Positions 41,383-50,883 of a DNA stretch of 64,000 nt are shown here, piece after piece. This DNA is from an uncultured virus (IMG/VR IMGVR_UViG_3300046691_000407) (lineage: Duplodnaviria; Heunggongvirae; Uroviricota; Caudoviricetes). The stretch is taken from the IMG/VR virus record IMGVR_UViG_3300046691_000407. One strand, 5' to 3'. Positions within the stretch are counted from its first letter, which is position 1, and each line of letters begins with the position of its first letter. The notes beneath the pieces were generated by a model. The model saw only the letters and a list, made by a program, of their open reading frames with translations, ran no database searches and had not been told where the DNA came from. The position numbers and the translations under genes were made by a program.

Positions 41383-41789
41383 TGGTGTCCACGCCTTACA
41401 CAAAGCATCCGGGGAGAGCGCCCATCGGATCAGGGGGGTCCATTCACACGAACGGACCGAAAAATCAATCACCAGTTCTTGCAGTAGGTTAATTTCTTGA
41501 AGAACTCGCCACCGAGTTATGCCTCTGGTTGCAATTCAGGAGCGGCGGCTTCGACCAGGACTAGCTGGGCTGCCCCTCGAAGTTGCCTGCTCGCATGACC
41601 GGACATCCGGAGGGTCGGCCAAGCCTCTCGTTTGGAAGCGTGCCCGGTCAAAGGATTCAAATGGCTCTTCATGTGTGCGAGACCCTTGCCACAGTTGGCT
41701 GTATGCTCATTCTGCATCCGAACTCACAAGCTTCTTTCCTTTGCTCATGGATTCGTATAACAAGACTGGCTACGACAACGAGGCACCCG

Positions 41790-42749
41790 ATGACCATCGA
41801 CAAGGATCCGACGAACCCGACTGATGCGCCGCTCATGCACAGCTATGTGAATGGCGGATACGAGGTGTCGATCTTTACCGACGGCACGAAGATGCGCGTC
41901 GAACGCGATGCTTCCGTCGGCCCCGTTCATCCGGAGCAGATGGATCTCAAGATCACCGACTGGTGCGATGCCGGCTGCTTCTGGTGTCACGAGAAGTCGA
42001 CCAAGCGCGGCGCGCATGGTGACATCGGAGCGATGCTGAAGCTGCTGTCGGATCTGCCCGCGGGCGTGGAGATCGCCATCGGCGGCGGCGATCCCCTCTC
42101 CCACCCCGAGTTTGACCGGCTGGTGCTTGGACTGCGCGATATGGGTCTTATTCCCAGTGTCACGGTCAACGGCCGCCATATTGATCGCCACCGCGCCCAG
42201 CTCGACCGGCTGATCGCGCAGAAGGCCGTCTACGGCGTTGGCATCTCGTTCTTCGATAAGATCCCGGACTGGGACTACGAGCACAAGGTCATCCACATGA
42301 TCGCCGGGGTCGATGATCCCGCGGCGCTCGATGACGCTGCCCGCCAGAAGATCCTCGTGCTGGGCTACAAGGACTTCGGCCGCGGTACCAAGTTCAAGGA
42401 GAAGCACGCGGAGGCGGTGGAGAAGAACATCGCCCAGTGGTACCGTGAGCTTCTGTGGATCGCCCGCGAGCATCATGTCTCCTTCGACACGCTTGCGATC
42501 AAGCAGCTCAACCCGAAGCGCCTGTTCAAGTCGCCGGAACTCTACGACCGGCGCTACATGGGCGACGAGGGGCAGTTCTCGATGTACGTCGACGGCGTAC
42601 TCCAGCAGTTCTCGGTATCGAGCTACAGCAAGGAACGGTTCGAGTGGACCACCGACATCAACGACATTTTCCAGCAGGTGCGCGGGATGCGTCACGTCGT
42701 AGGCAGGGAGATGTTCGATGACCAGCCGACAAGTGTCGCCGCGGCCTAG
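41790..42749 (+). CDS. radical SAM protein (single cluster, no SPASM/twitch domain)
   Basis: DLKITDWCDAGCFWCHE (CxxxCxxC), AIGGGDP, SVTVN; only three Cys in 319 aa; GAGG RBS and TATAAC upstream. Confidence 0.9.
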   Translation: MTIDKDPTNPTDAPLMHSYVNGGYEVSIFTDGTKMRVERDASVGPVHPEQMDLKITDWCDAGCFWCHEKSTKRGAHGDIGAMLKLLSDLPAGVEIAIGGGDPLSHPEFDRLVLGLRDMGLIPSVTVNGRHIDRHRAQLDRLIAQKAVYGVGISFFDKIPDWDYEHKVIHMIAGVDDPAALDDAARQKILVLGYKDFGRGTKFKEKHAEAVEKNIAQWYRELLWIAREHHVSFDTLAIKQLNPKRLFKSPELYDRRYMGDEGQFSMYVDGVLQQFSVSSYSKERFEWTTDINDIFQQVRGMRHVVGREMFDDQPTSVAAA

Positions 42750-42994
42750 GCGCGATCCGTTCGAGGCGCCCGTCGGAAGCATGCGGATACCGAACTTCGA
42801 CACGCGCCTCTCGCCCGAGACGGTGGCGGCGCTCGCCGCGGTCGACGAGAACCTGCGCATGGCCGCTGTCCGGGCGGACTCCGTCATGGTAGGTTGCGGT
42901 AGTCGCGGGCAATACTAGAATTGGCCGTCCAGACCGCGAGCATGTCGTTGGATCAGGCCGCCTTTGACGGGTAGATAACCAGAGGATCCATCCC

Positions 42995-43384
42995 ATGCGA
43001 CAGCAGGCCACGGAAGATCAGGTGACGCATGCGCAGCAGCGGGCCTTTCACGTTGGCGCCAGACTCAGGAGCCTGCTGGACGACTGGGAGATTGCGCCAG
43101 GCGAACCGGAACTGCGGGAGCGGATTCTAGCCCTTGCTCCGCTCGGTGGCGAACTGGACCGAGCGGTTGCCGCTGTCACCGACGTCGACGGTCTTTCAGA
43201 GGTTCGCGTCCCGCTCGATCTCCTCGTGGCGGCTATCCACGAAATCCAGGGTAATTGGGAAGCTCTCGAGAATCTCTATCCGACCCGATTGGCGCTGCGA
43301 GACTTGCTGACTGCTGCATATGTCCTGGAGCGCACCATTCCCGGCGCCGAGCCAGCGGAAGCGGTATCATCCAACCGCATGTGA
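42995..43384 (+). CDS. hypothetical protein
   Basis: GAGGA RBS; helical 129 aa. Confidence 0.55.
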   Translation: MRQQATEDQVTHAQQRAFHVGARLRSLLDDWEIAPGEPELRERILALAPLGGELDRAVAAVTDVDGLSEVRVPLDLLVAAIHEIQGNWEALENLYPTRLALRDLLTAAYVLERTIPGAEPAEAVSSNRM

Positions 43385-43621
43385 CGTTCCTTCGGTGTCA
43401 TTTCAACAGACTGAGACCAGTCCTCGCCTTACCGGAGGGCCTTCGAGCTAACTTCGTGTTGCAGAGGCCTGCGGCTTGGGGCACCATGATCCCAAGGTTC
43501 CCGGAGACCGCAGCGCCTCCGCCCGCCAGGGCACGCCGAACACCGGGATATTCATCTGTGCCAATCGTCGACAACTCAGGCGGCCGCACGGGAAAGGGAG
43601 GCATCTCGAATCCAGGTCGCC

Positions 43622-44644
43622 ATGGGATTGAAACCGATGGAACAGATTGCCATTACGCACGGCTTCCTGAAGAAGCTCGCGAAGAACATCCGAAGCAGAT
43701 ACGGGCGGGATGTCCGCCACACCGAAATTCTCGAGCTCGTGGCTGATGCGCTCGGCTACAAGGCCGGGCCGCTCATGCATGCGCTCAAGCAGCAGGGATC
43801 GCCTGCCGCTCAGTTGATGCGCGAGGTCGTTCCGCCCAGGATATCGCCACCGCACGGGCTTCCAGTCGGTCTCGTTCTGCGCAAGGCCGAGACCGAGTTC
43901 GAGCGCATCGTGCTGCCTGCGGAGCGCAAAGAGACCCTGCGCCTCATCATCGAGGAACAGAGGAGGAGCCGCGAGGTTCAAGCGGAGGGGCTGGTGCCGC
44001 TGAACAAGCTCTTGCTCATAGGGAAGTTCAAGGATTCAGTGGCCGAAGCGATCGCGAACTCTCTTGGGCTGCCCCTCCTTGAGCTGTCCTATGGCGCACT
44101 GCGATCGGAACGGCCGGAAGAGGCTGCGAAACGCATTCATGAAGTCTTCGACTATGCGGCCCGGCAGCGGTGCGTGCTCCTGCTCGATGATCTGGATGTC
44201 GTGGGTCTGGAACGCGATGACCTTGGGTCGACGGAGGACATGAAGCGCATCGTTTCATCGCTCCTCGTTCAACTCGACGATGTTCCGACCAATGTGATCG
44301 TCATCGGTGGCACCATCCATCCGCAATTGTTGGATCGGGCGTTCCTGAGGCGGTTCCACATGCGAGTGGACCTTTCACCAACCAGGCCCCGCGTTATTCT
44401 TCTGCGCGAATGCGAAGCGCTGACGGAACACCAGCGCCGCCACGTCGCGCTCGTGGAGAAGGAGGATTCGGGGGAGCAAGTGCTCATGGTTGTCAAGGAA
44501 TACCAAAATCATCCGGAAGCTGCGGCCGCCCGCCAGTATCTGCAGCGGAGGGGCCATGATTGGCGCAGGACTGAGTTCTGCAGCGCGCAGGATATGGCGG
44601 CGATCTACAACACCGCGGCGCGTTCACGCGGGCGGGAAGAGTGA
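43622..44644 (+). CDS. AAA+ ATPase-like protein with degenerate Walker A and N-terminal Glyoxalase_8-like helical domain
   Basis: LLLIGKFKDSVAEAIA (P-loop lost), VLLLDDLD, LDRAFLRRF. Confidence 0.75.
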   Translation: MGLKPMEQIAITHGFLKKLAKNIRSRYGRDVRHTEILELVADALGYKAGPLMHALKQQGSPAAQLMREVVPPRISPPHGLPVGLVLRKAETEFERIVLPAERKETLRLIIEEQRRSREVQAEGLVPLNKLLLIGKFKDSVAEAIANSLGLPLLELSYGALRSERPEEAAKRIHEVFDYAARQRCVLLLDDLDVVGLERDDLGSTEDMKRIVSSLLVQLDDVPTNVIVIGGTIHPQLLDRAFLRRFHMRVDLSPTRPRVILLRECEALTEHQRRHVALVEKEDSGEQVLMVVKEYQNHPEAAAARQYLQRRGHDWRRTEFCSAQDMAAIYNTAARSRGREE

Positions 44645-44758
44645 ACAAGTCTCGGAGTGGCGTTCACATTCATTGAACGATTTGTTGATTGAAGGATCAG
44701 TTTCCGCGGACAGGAGCTGGAGATAGCCTTGATCGAAACCAACAACGGAGATCCGTGA

Positions 44759-45151
44759 ATGTCCCTCGCCCGCATCGAATCCTTTTTGACCGAAAAGACG
44801 CCCCACGCACTCGGCATCGTCCGCATCGCTGCTGCCCTGATCTTCCTGGAGCACGGCACCCAGAAGCTTCTCGGATTTCCGGCTGGCGAACACGCCGGGG
44901 TCAATCCCTTCTCGATCTACGGCGCTGCTGGTGCGCTTGAGATCGTCGGCGGACTGCTACTCCTGTTCGGCCTCTTTACGCGTCCGGTAGCCTTCATCCT
45001 TTCGGGACAGATGGCTGTCGCCTACTGGTTCTTCCATGCGAAATCCGACTTCTTCCCAGCGAACAACGGCGGCGACGCGGCGATCCTCTACTGCTTCCTG
45101 TTCCTGCTCTTCGTGTTCACGGGTCCGGGCAGGTTCTCCCTAGGAAAGTAA
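44759..45151 (+). CDS. DoxX family membrane protein
   Basis: RIAAALIFLEHGTQKLLGFP, EIVGG, GLFTR, NGG, GPGRFSL. Confidence 0.9.
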   Translation: MSLARIESFLTEKTPHALGIVRIAAALIFLEHGTQKLLGFPAGEHAGVNPFSIYGAAGALEIVGGLLLLFGLFTRPVAFILSGQMAVAYWFFHAKSDFFPANNGGDAAILYCFLFLLFVFTGPGRFSLGK

Positions 45152-45214
45152 GACGCATCCAGCCAACGCGACCGGATGGGGCCGCCGGAACTACTCTCCG
45201 ACGGCCCCATCCCT

Positions 45215-45376
45215 TTAGCGGCTTTCCAGGAACTTGAGCGCGCCGACGAGAGCCAGGCCGCCCAGAACGCTTGCACCGATCGTCACCGGGCCGCTGACAT
45301 GGTGGAGCTTCTCGACGCCCATGAGCGTGAACGAGGTGATCGTCGCTCCGATCTGGAAGTAGATGAGGTATGGCAT
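45215..45376 (-). CDS. small membrane protein
   Basis: AAGGA RBS, two hydrophobic segments. Confidence 0.45.
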   Translation of the reverse strand: MPYLIYFQIGATITSFTLMGVEKLHHVSGPVTIGASVLGGLALVGALKFLESR

Positions 45377-45641
45377 CGGTGGATCCTTGTATCCTGGCCA
45401 TCCTCCGCCCGCTCCGCGCCGGCCGCAACGGCTGGGCCGCGATCTCCCGATTGACAATTCAATCCGCTCCGCGCCAGCATGTCTTCAAGGCTCGGTCGCG
45501 CCCTCATGCCCCACTCCGCAAGGAGACGGTAAAGCGGCCAGTGGAATGAAGGATTCAATGTCAAAACCAACCCGAACTCTTAACGAGCGGATGGCGACAT
45601 GAGAACTGGGGCAATCTGAGTTAGCGCCGATATCCGCATGG

Positions 45642-47174
45642 ATGGAGTTGAAGTTGGATACGACAATCAGGAACGGAGCCGTCGATGCTCCGACCGCGAA
45701 GGCTGCCGCGCGCAATGTGAAGCAGCGCCTTTCTGCACTTGGCCATGAGATCGGTCTGAATCACGCCTACGAAGCCGTCGCCGCGATGGGCGGCTATCCG
45801 ACATGGGCGGTGATGAAGGCGAGTCTGGAGGCCGGCTCGGCGCTTTCGCCACAAGCGCCTGCTACTGTGAAGCCTTTCCCTGTCGGTGTTATGGACTGGG
45901 AGACGTTCTCCCCCAGCACCCGCAACCCCACCGCCCTATTCTTCGGGCCTGCAGGCCGCCGCCGGGCGGGTGTGATGACGTTCCTCCGCGATGAGTGGGT
46001 CAAGCGCTATCAGGAGAGTGTCGGAGAGGTGGCTTTCCTCCGGACGATCACCTTCGTTTCTAGGAACTCGCAGCCTGCAGACGATAAGGATCAGGGAGAG
46101 CGGGTCAGGATCTCAAAGGAATTCTCCGATATCGCAATCTTCGATCTCCCCCTTGGGCAGCGCTACCCCGCCCCGGCGCATCGGGAGAGGATCATTGAAT
46201 TCGTCGCTGCTGTGACGATCTCGTTCTATGGCGGAAAACTTTCCGAGGGTGACAGGCGCGCGCTCGTGGAGCCGATCCCCCGAATGGTCGATCAGGCGTA
46301 CGCACTGCGGAATCTGGAGTCCCCGTGGCTGTACCGCCGGTCGGTGCTGGAAGATATCGACTCCTTCGATGGAAAGGCGGGCTTCGATTTCGCGGGATCG
46401 CAGGCGACGTGGTGGGATGTGTCGGACGCGCTTGCCGGCAAGTATCTTACGAAGCTTGCCACATGGGCGCGAGCGCAGGCCGTTCCATCCCTGAATGACC
46501 TGACGTTCATGTCTCGCCAGGCGGACATGGGCGGAGTCTTGTCGGGCGGGGAGAAGGTTGCGGACTGCATCGCGCGTGCGCTATCGAGCGCCCTCAGAGA
46601 GTTCGGCGCCCTTCGAGGCGAGCGGAAGCCGAGGCCGATCGAGGAGTTCAACCCTATCGAAGTGATTGAGATCGTTGATCAGCCCTCGGATCCGCGGGCT
46701 AACCGTCTCATGCTGCTTCTTGCCGTCAACCGATACCGGATGCTGGTCGACGCCGTCGAAGCCGACGAGACGACGAGGACTGTGTACAAGCCCGCGAGAC
46801 TGCCACGGAGTGGCACCCCCATGCGACTGAGCGTGTCACTTCCAGATACGCCTGTCCCTCTCGACGGAGTGGTGAAGATCATCTTCGATGACGCCGTGAT
46901 GAACGGACGCGAGGTGGTCGTCTTCACCGACGATCCAGTGGCTGCAGCAGATCATCTCGACATTAGCAGCTCGTACTTCGTGCACGGGTGCTCGACGCAC
47001 GACGATGTCGGAACCGTCGCCGCTCTGTTCGGCTTCGACAAGTCCGCGGCGGATCTCATTCACGACCATATGGTTGGAGCTGGGTTGGAATCTCGAGAAG
47101 GCGTTCCGTTGCTGGCATGCCGGCGCAAGTTCCATATGACAGACATGAGTGCTCTCATACTGCGGCACCGATAG
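45642..47174 (+). CDS. Glyoxalase_8-like N-domain fused to a degenerate IcmB/DotO (type IVB secretion ATPase)-like region
   Basis: AKAAA...HAYEAVAAMGGYPTW; IFDLPLGQRYP, TWWDVSDAL and AQAVPSLNDL recall DotO/IcmB; Walker A degenerate (FFGPAGRRR). Confidence 0.6.
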   Translation: MELKLDTTIRNGAVDAPTAKAAARNVKQRLSALGHEIGLNHAYEAVAAMGGYPTWAVMKASLEAGSALSPQAPATVKPFPVGVMDWETFSPSTRNPTALFFGPAGRRRAGVMTFLRDEWVKRYQESVGEVAFLRTITFVSRNSQPADDKDQGERVRISKEFSDIAIFDLPLGQRYPAPAHRERIIEFVAAVTISFYGGKLSEGDRRALVEPIPRMVDQAYALRNLESPWLYRRSVLEDIDSFDGKAGFDFAGSQATWWDVSDALAGKYLTKLATWARAQAVPSLNDLTFMSRQADMGGVLSGGEKVADCIARALSSALREFGALRGERKPRPIEEFNPIEVIEIVDQPSDPRANRLMLLLAVNRYRMLVDAVEADETTRTVYKPARLPRSGTPMRLSVSLPDTPVPLDGVVKIIFDDAVMNGREVVVFTDDPVAAADHLDISSSYFVHGCSTHDDVGTVAALFGFDKSAADLIHDHMVGAGLESREGVPLLACRRKFHMTDMSALILRHR

Positions 47175-47183
47175 TAATAAATG

Positions 47184-47212
47184 TTGACAATCGAATCCTT
47201 GTCGTGAATATG
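47184..47212 (+). promoter_or_regulatory. sigma70-type promoter with GANTC in the spacer
   Basis: TTGACA-ATCGAATCCTTGTCGT-GAATAT, AT-rich upstream. Confidence 0.55.
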
Positions 47213-47246
47213 GCGGCAACGCTGGTTTATCACAAGGATTCATTCC

Positions 47247-47924
47247 ATGTCGCAGATGCTCGAAATCGTCCGTCACTACGCCCTTGGCATCCACAATGGC
47301 CGCAAGGCCGCCGATGCGTTCAAGCATCTGATGTCCGAGGTCAAGGAACTGGGCGACGAGATCGAGAACGGCGGCGCCGGAACCGACGGCATCAAGGGCG
47401 AGGTCATGGACGTGATCAACTGCGCGCTCGACATCCTGTTCCTGCTGCATCCGGAAGTCGCCATCCACGAACTCGATGAGATCATGGAGGCCAAGTGCCA
47501 GAAGTGGGTGCGCAAGTACGGCAAGGACGACATGGAAGTCGAGGCGGAAGGCGTGCCGCTCGGCGGTACGATCATCCGCGAGCTTCATGCCGCAGGGGTG
47601 CCGGACGGACGCATCGCCGCGATCTCGGCGATCGAGGTCAATTCGGTCAAGCGGATCGAGGCCGGATCGATGTCGTTCCGTGCGACGCAGGAGCGGCTCA
47701 ACAACGTCGTGCCAATTCTGCGCGAGGCGGTCGGCGGCGATCTGGCGAAGCTTCCCTATGTCCTCGATGCTAGTGCCGACGGCGGAGACAGCCTGCAGGA
47801 ACTCGTATCCGCTCCCGTGATTGACCTGGACCGCGTCCGCCGCTGCATTGCCGATCTGAGCCACGGCTCCGGAAACCTCTGGTCGCCGGAAGTCGTCCAG
47901 CGGTCCCTCGGCGGGGCGGCGTAG
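47247..47924 (+). CDS. MazG-like nucleotide pyrophosphohydrolase fused to an HTH-like C-terminal domain
   Basis: LMSEVKELGDE...GEVMDVINCALD (ExxE...ExxD). Confidence 0.65.
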   Translation: MSQMLEIVRHYALGIHNGRKAADAFKHLMSEVKELGDEIENGGAGTDGIKGEVMDVINCALDILFLLHPEVAIHELDEIMEAKCQKWVRKYGKDDMEVEAEGVPLGGTIIRELHAAGVPDGRIAAISAIEVNSVKRIEAGSMSFRATQERLNNVVPILREAVGGDLAKLPYVLDASADGGDSLQELVSAPVIDLDRVRRCIADLSHGSGNLWSPEVVQRSLGGAA

Positions 47925-47950
47925 TTCAATTCCCTCGACAGGAGAATGAC

Positions 47951-48370
47951 ATGAGACTTAGCTATTCGAGCGTCGGCGGCGGCGGTTCCTCGTCGGGATA
48001 CGCCCTGACTGTCAAGGATCTCGAGGACATCGTTGCGGAGCGCTTCGGCTATGATCCCGGCACTGTGAACATCAGCGGACTGAACATCGAGGGCGGTGAG
48101 TTCCATATCTCCGGCCGAACGGAGCCGATGGATATCAAGGACGGCGGAGCTGGCGTTGAGTCTGACCATACGTCCGAATCCGAGGATGGAAACGCGGCCG
48201 CGGACCTTGCGGAGGCCGCCATCGTATTTCTTAACCATCTTGAGGACACGCTGGACGATTCGAGCTTCGAGGCTGTCTCGACGCAGCTATGGAACCGCGT
48301 CAGTTTCCTCGCCAGCGAAGTACGCGAAGCAGCGTCCTCTCCCGACCAGACAGAGCCATCCCGGGGCTAG
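47951..48370 (+). CDS. hypothetical protein
   Basis: AGGAGA RBS. Confidence 0.6.
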   Translation: MRLSYSSVGGGGSSSGYALTVKDLEDIVAERFGYDPGTVNISGLNIEGGEFHISGRTEPMDIKDGGAGVESDHTSESEDGNAAADLAEAAIVFLNHLEDTLDDSSFEAVSTQLWNRVSFLASEVREAASSPDQTEPSRG

Positions 48371-49725
48371 TCGGTCAGCCGCGCCAGATGGCCGACGAAC
48401 GCCGCGAGCTGCTCGTCATCGAGCGGCAGCATCATGGCTTCCTGAAGCCACTGGACATGAGTTTCCGCGGCTTCCAGTTCCTGCGCCGTCGCCAGTGCGG
48501 GGCCGAAGCCGGTGTCGGGGTTGGCCTGAAGCATGTCCTCGACCTGATCATGCGTGCCGTCGGCTGCCAGCAGCCTGATGCCACGGCGGTGACGCTCTAC
48601 CCATCTTGAGATCGCGGCCGCCTGGCGGGTCAGCTCAGACGAGAGTCCCTCGATGAGGGTCCCAGCCGGGGTCGCGGCGCCGTTGTCCTCGATGAGCTTC
48701 CTCGTGTCGGGGTTGGCCGTCAGAACTTCGTCGCCGGGGTATGCGCTGAAATCCAGCAGGTCGACCTGCCTGATCGGCGGAGACAATAGCTGCAGGTCGA
48801 TGCCGAGGACGTCGGCCCGTCGGGCGACCGACTGGGCGAGTCTCGCTCTCGCTATGATGTCGGCGTGCCGGTCGCTGCCCGACGGAGCCACGTCCAGAAG
48901 CGCTGCGATGTACTTCTTGAGAAGTGCTGCGGCCCGCTGCGCCTGTTCCGGCCCCTTCGGGGTGATCCCGAGCTTGCGTGCCGCAGCCAGGAAGTCCTGC
49001 GCCCGTCCACTGGCGAAAGCACGCGAGAGTCCGCCGAACGCTGCCGGGGAATGTTCCGAAGGGTCGAACGAGAATTCCGCGACGAGATCTGCGGCCGCCT
49101 TGTCCAGATCCTCGATCATCCCCCTTGCGCGATCGACCTCCTCCCGTCGTCCGACGGCCCCGGACAGCGCCGGAATGTCTGCGAGGCGAAGGCTGGCCGC
49201 TACGGCCGTGACGAAGGTCACGTCATGGATCGTCGGGGCGCAGCCTGTCCATGCCTGCAGGGATTGCGATAGGCGGCCAAGCTCCTCGGAGGCGCTGGCG
49301 TATCTCGCGGCGATCTTCTCGCCCGTATCGGTGTTGGCCGTGGCCGAGCTTTTCCATTCGAGACCCAGAGACTCGCAGAGCGCCCTCGCCTCCCGGCCCA
49401 GTTCCCTTTCGAGCGCGACGGAAGCCTTGAAGTCCGCGATCATGCGCTCCGCAGACGGAATGTCGCCGACGTTCGGGAAGAGGCGCCAGATGTTGGAGCT
49501 TCGAGACGCGCTGGCTGCGGCCGATGAGGTCTCTCCGGCGAGGACGATCACGTCCCTGTCCTTCATCCGTGCGACGTCGGCAGTTGACAGCCATGGAGAC
49601 AGAGCCTTCTCGGAGTCGGCACGCTCCTGCGACCGCCCCGGCTTCTGAACGGCGGAATCCGGTACGGCCGCCTGACGCGGAGCGGAAGCGGGCAGCGAGA
49701 TTTTCCAGGCGATGGCTTCGGTCAT
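48367..49725 (-). CDS. Ala-rich hypothetical protein
   Basis: Start moved to MTEAI with GAGGA RBS; the upstream part of the listed ORF is antisense shadow. Confidence 0.6.
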   Translation of the reverse strand: MTEAIAWKISLPASAPRQAAVPDSAVQKPGRSQERADSEKALSPWLSTADVARMKDRDVIVLAGETSSAAASASRSSNIWRLFPNVGDIPSAERMIADFKASVALERELGREARALCESLGLEWKSSATANTDTGEKIAARYASASEELGRLSQSLQAWTGCAPTIHDVTFVTAVAASLRLADIPALSGAVGRREEVDRARGMIEDLDKAAADLVAEFSFDPSEHSPAAFGGLSRAFASGRAQDFLAAARKLGITPKGPEQAQRAAALLKKYIAALLDVAPSGSDRHADIIARARLAQSVARRADVLGIDLQLLSPPIRQVDLLDFSAYPGDEVLTANPDTRKLIEDNGAATPAGTLIEGLSSELTRQAAAISRWVERHRRGIRLLAADGTHDQVEDMLQANPDTGFGPALATAQELEAAETHVQWLQEAMMLPLDDEQLAAFVGHLARLTD

Positions 49726-49839
49726 GTTGAATCCTCTGAGCGAATGAATCATGGCAAGATACGAGGGGCTTGGGAAGCCTGTTGCCATCTCGAGGTCGAT
49801 ATGAAAGAGTGTCGCCGACCGATCGTTCAAGGATTCAAT

Positions 49840-50883
49840 ATGGCCTTCGACAAAAACGCCTCCGCCCTTCTTCGAGAAGCTGTTGCCGGGATCGCTCCGA
49901 AGGCCTTCGAATCCGAATGCCCCGTGGAGGCGCTGACCGAACGGCAGGACGCGCGGATCAGGCTGATCGTGGCGCGAAAGCTGTTCGGAAAGGCGTTTCC
50001 CGGCAACCGGGAGCTGGACCGCTTCCTCGACAAGGGCGACTACGCGGAAAGCTCGGCGAAGAAGTGCAGGCTCTCGCAGGAGATGCTCCCCCTCGACGGA
50101 ATTGGCGAGGACAGCTTCTTCCTGAACGAGTATTACGGCGACGGAACACGTCTCTCCTCCTTTGCCACCCTGCTGGACTGGGACAAGTACAGCCACGAAC
50201 GGCAGGAGGGATACCACGTCGAGGAGGGCAACCGTCCCGACGGCCCCCGCCCCTACGATAGCAGGCTGCTCTGGGACTGGTCGCGCTGGCTCGATGATGG
50301 CCACCTGGTCTACGGAAACCTGTCGGTCGCCTCGTCGAGCCTCGAGGCGGCGCTGGACGAATACGCCGACGATCTCTGCCGCGAGCGCTACAAGACGCAG
50401 TATGTCGAAGGTCCCGAGCATGGCAAGCGCACCGAAGGGGGAGGCTACCGCTGGGACATGGTGGAGACCCCGAAGGAACGGGCCGCCATCCGCTTCGCCG
50501 CGGATCATGTCACCCGCGCCATCGTGAAGGGTTGGATGGAAGCCGGGCTGAGGGACGAGGCGGCGAAGTCTGGCGTTTGGGTCTCGCGGATCCGGCGCGA
50601 GGGGGATGGCGAGCTCAACGAGGATCTGATCTTCTCCGGCCCCGAGGCCATGGATCGTGTTCGCTTCCGACACTGGAAGGCTGATCTCTCCGCTCTGGAT
50701 GACGGCACCGCCATCTACGCCGAGATCGCCCGCAAGGCGAAGGACGATCTTCGCAAGGTCATGGAGGGCGTGTTCGATGCGGCCGAGCTTGTGGCGGCAT
50801 CGCTCGAAGGCGAGGACAAGACCTCCTGGAAAAGCATCTCGGAGGCCGTGCTCGATGGCATTGTGGCCTCCCGTAACTCATAG
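49840..50883 (+). CDS. hypothetical protein
   Basis: AAGGA RBS before MAFDK. Confidence 0.68.
   Translation: MAFDKNASALLREAVAGIAPKAFESECPVEALTERQDARIRLIVARKLFGKAFPGNRELDRFLDKGDYAESSAKKCRLSQEMLPLDGIGEDSFFLNEYYGDGTRLSSFATLLDWDKYSHERQEGYHVEEGNRPDGPRPYDSRLLWDWSRWLDDGHLVYGNLSVASSSLEAALDEYADDLCRERYKTQYVEGPEHGKRTEGGGYRWDMVETPKERAAIRFAADHVTRAIVKGWMEAGLRDEAAKSGVWVSRIRREGDGELNEDLIFSGPEAMDRVRFRHWKADLSALDDGTAIYAEIARKAKDDLRKVMEGVFDAAELVAASLEGEDKTSWKSISEAVLDGIVASRNS

Noticed and set aside
41790..42749. Viperin, QueE, MoaA or SPASM-type RiPP maturase
   Set aside because: No auxiliary Cys cluster, no que/moa genes or short precursor peptide nearby, and no family-specific motifs recognised; not fully excluded without a search.
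49726..50673. N-terminal extension making a 768-aa ORF
   Set aside because: Overlaps 49840..50883 antisense; a good RBS and ATG exist at 49725.
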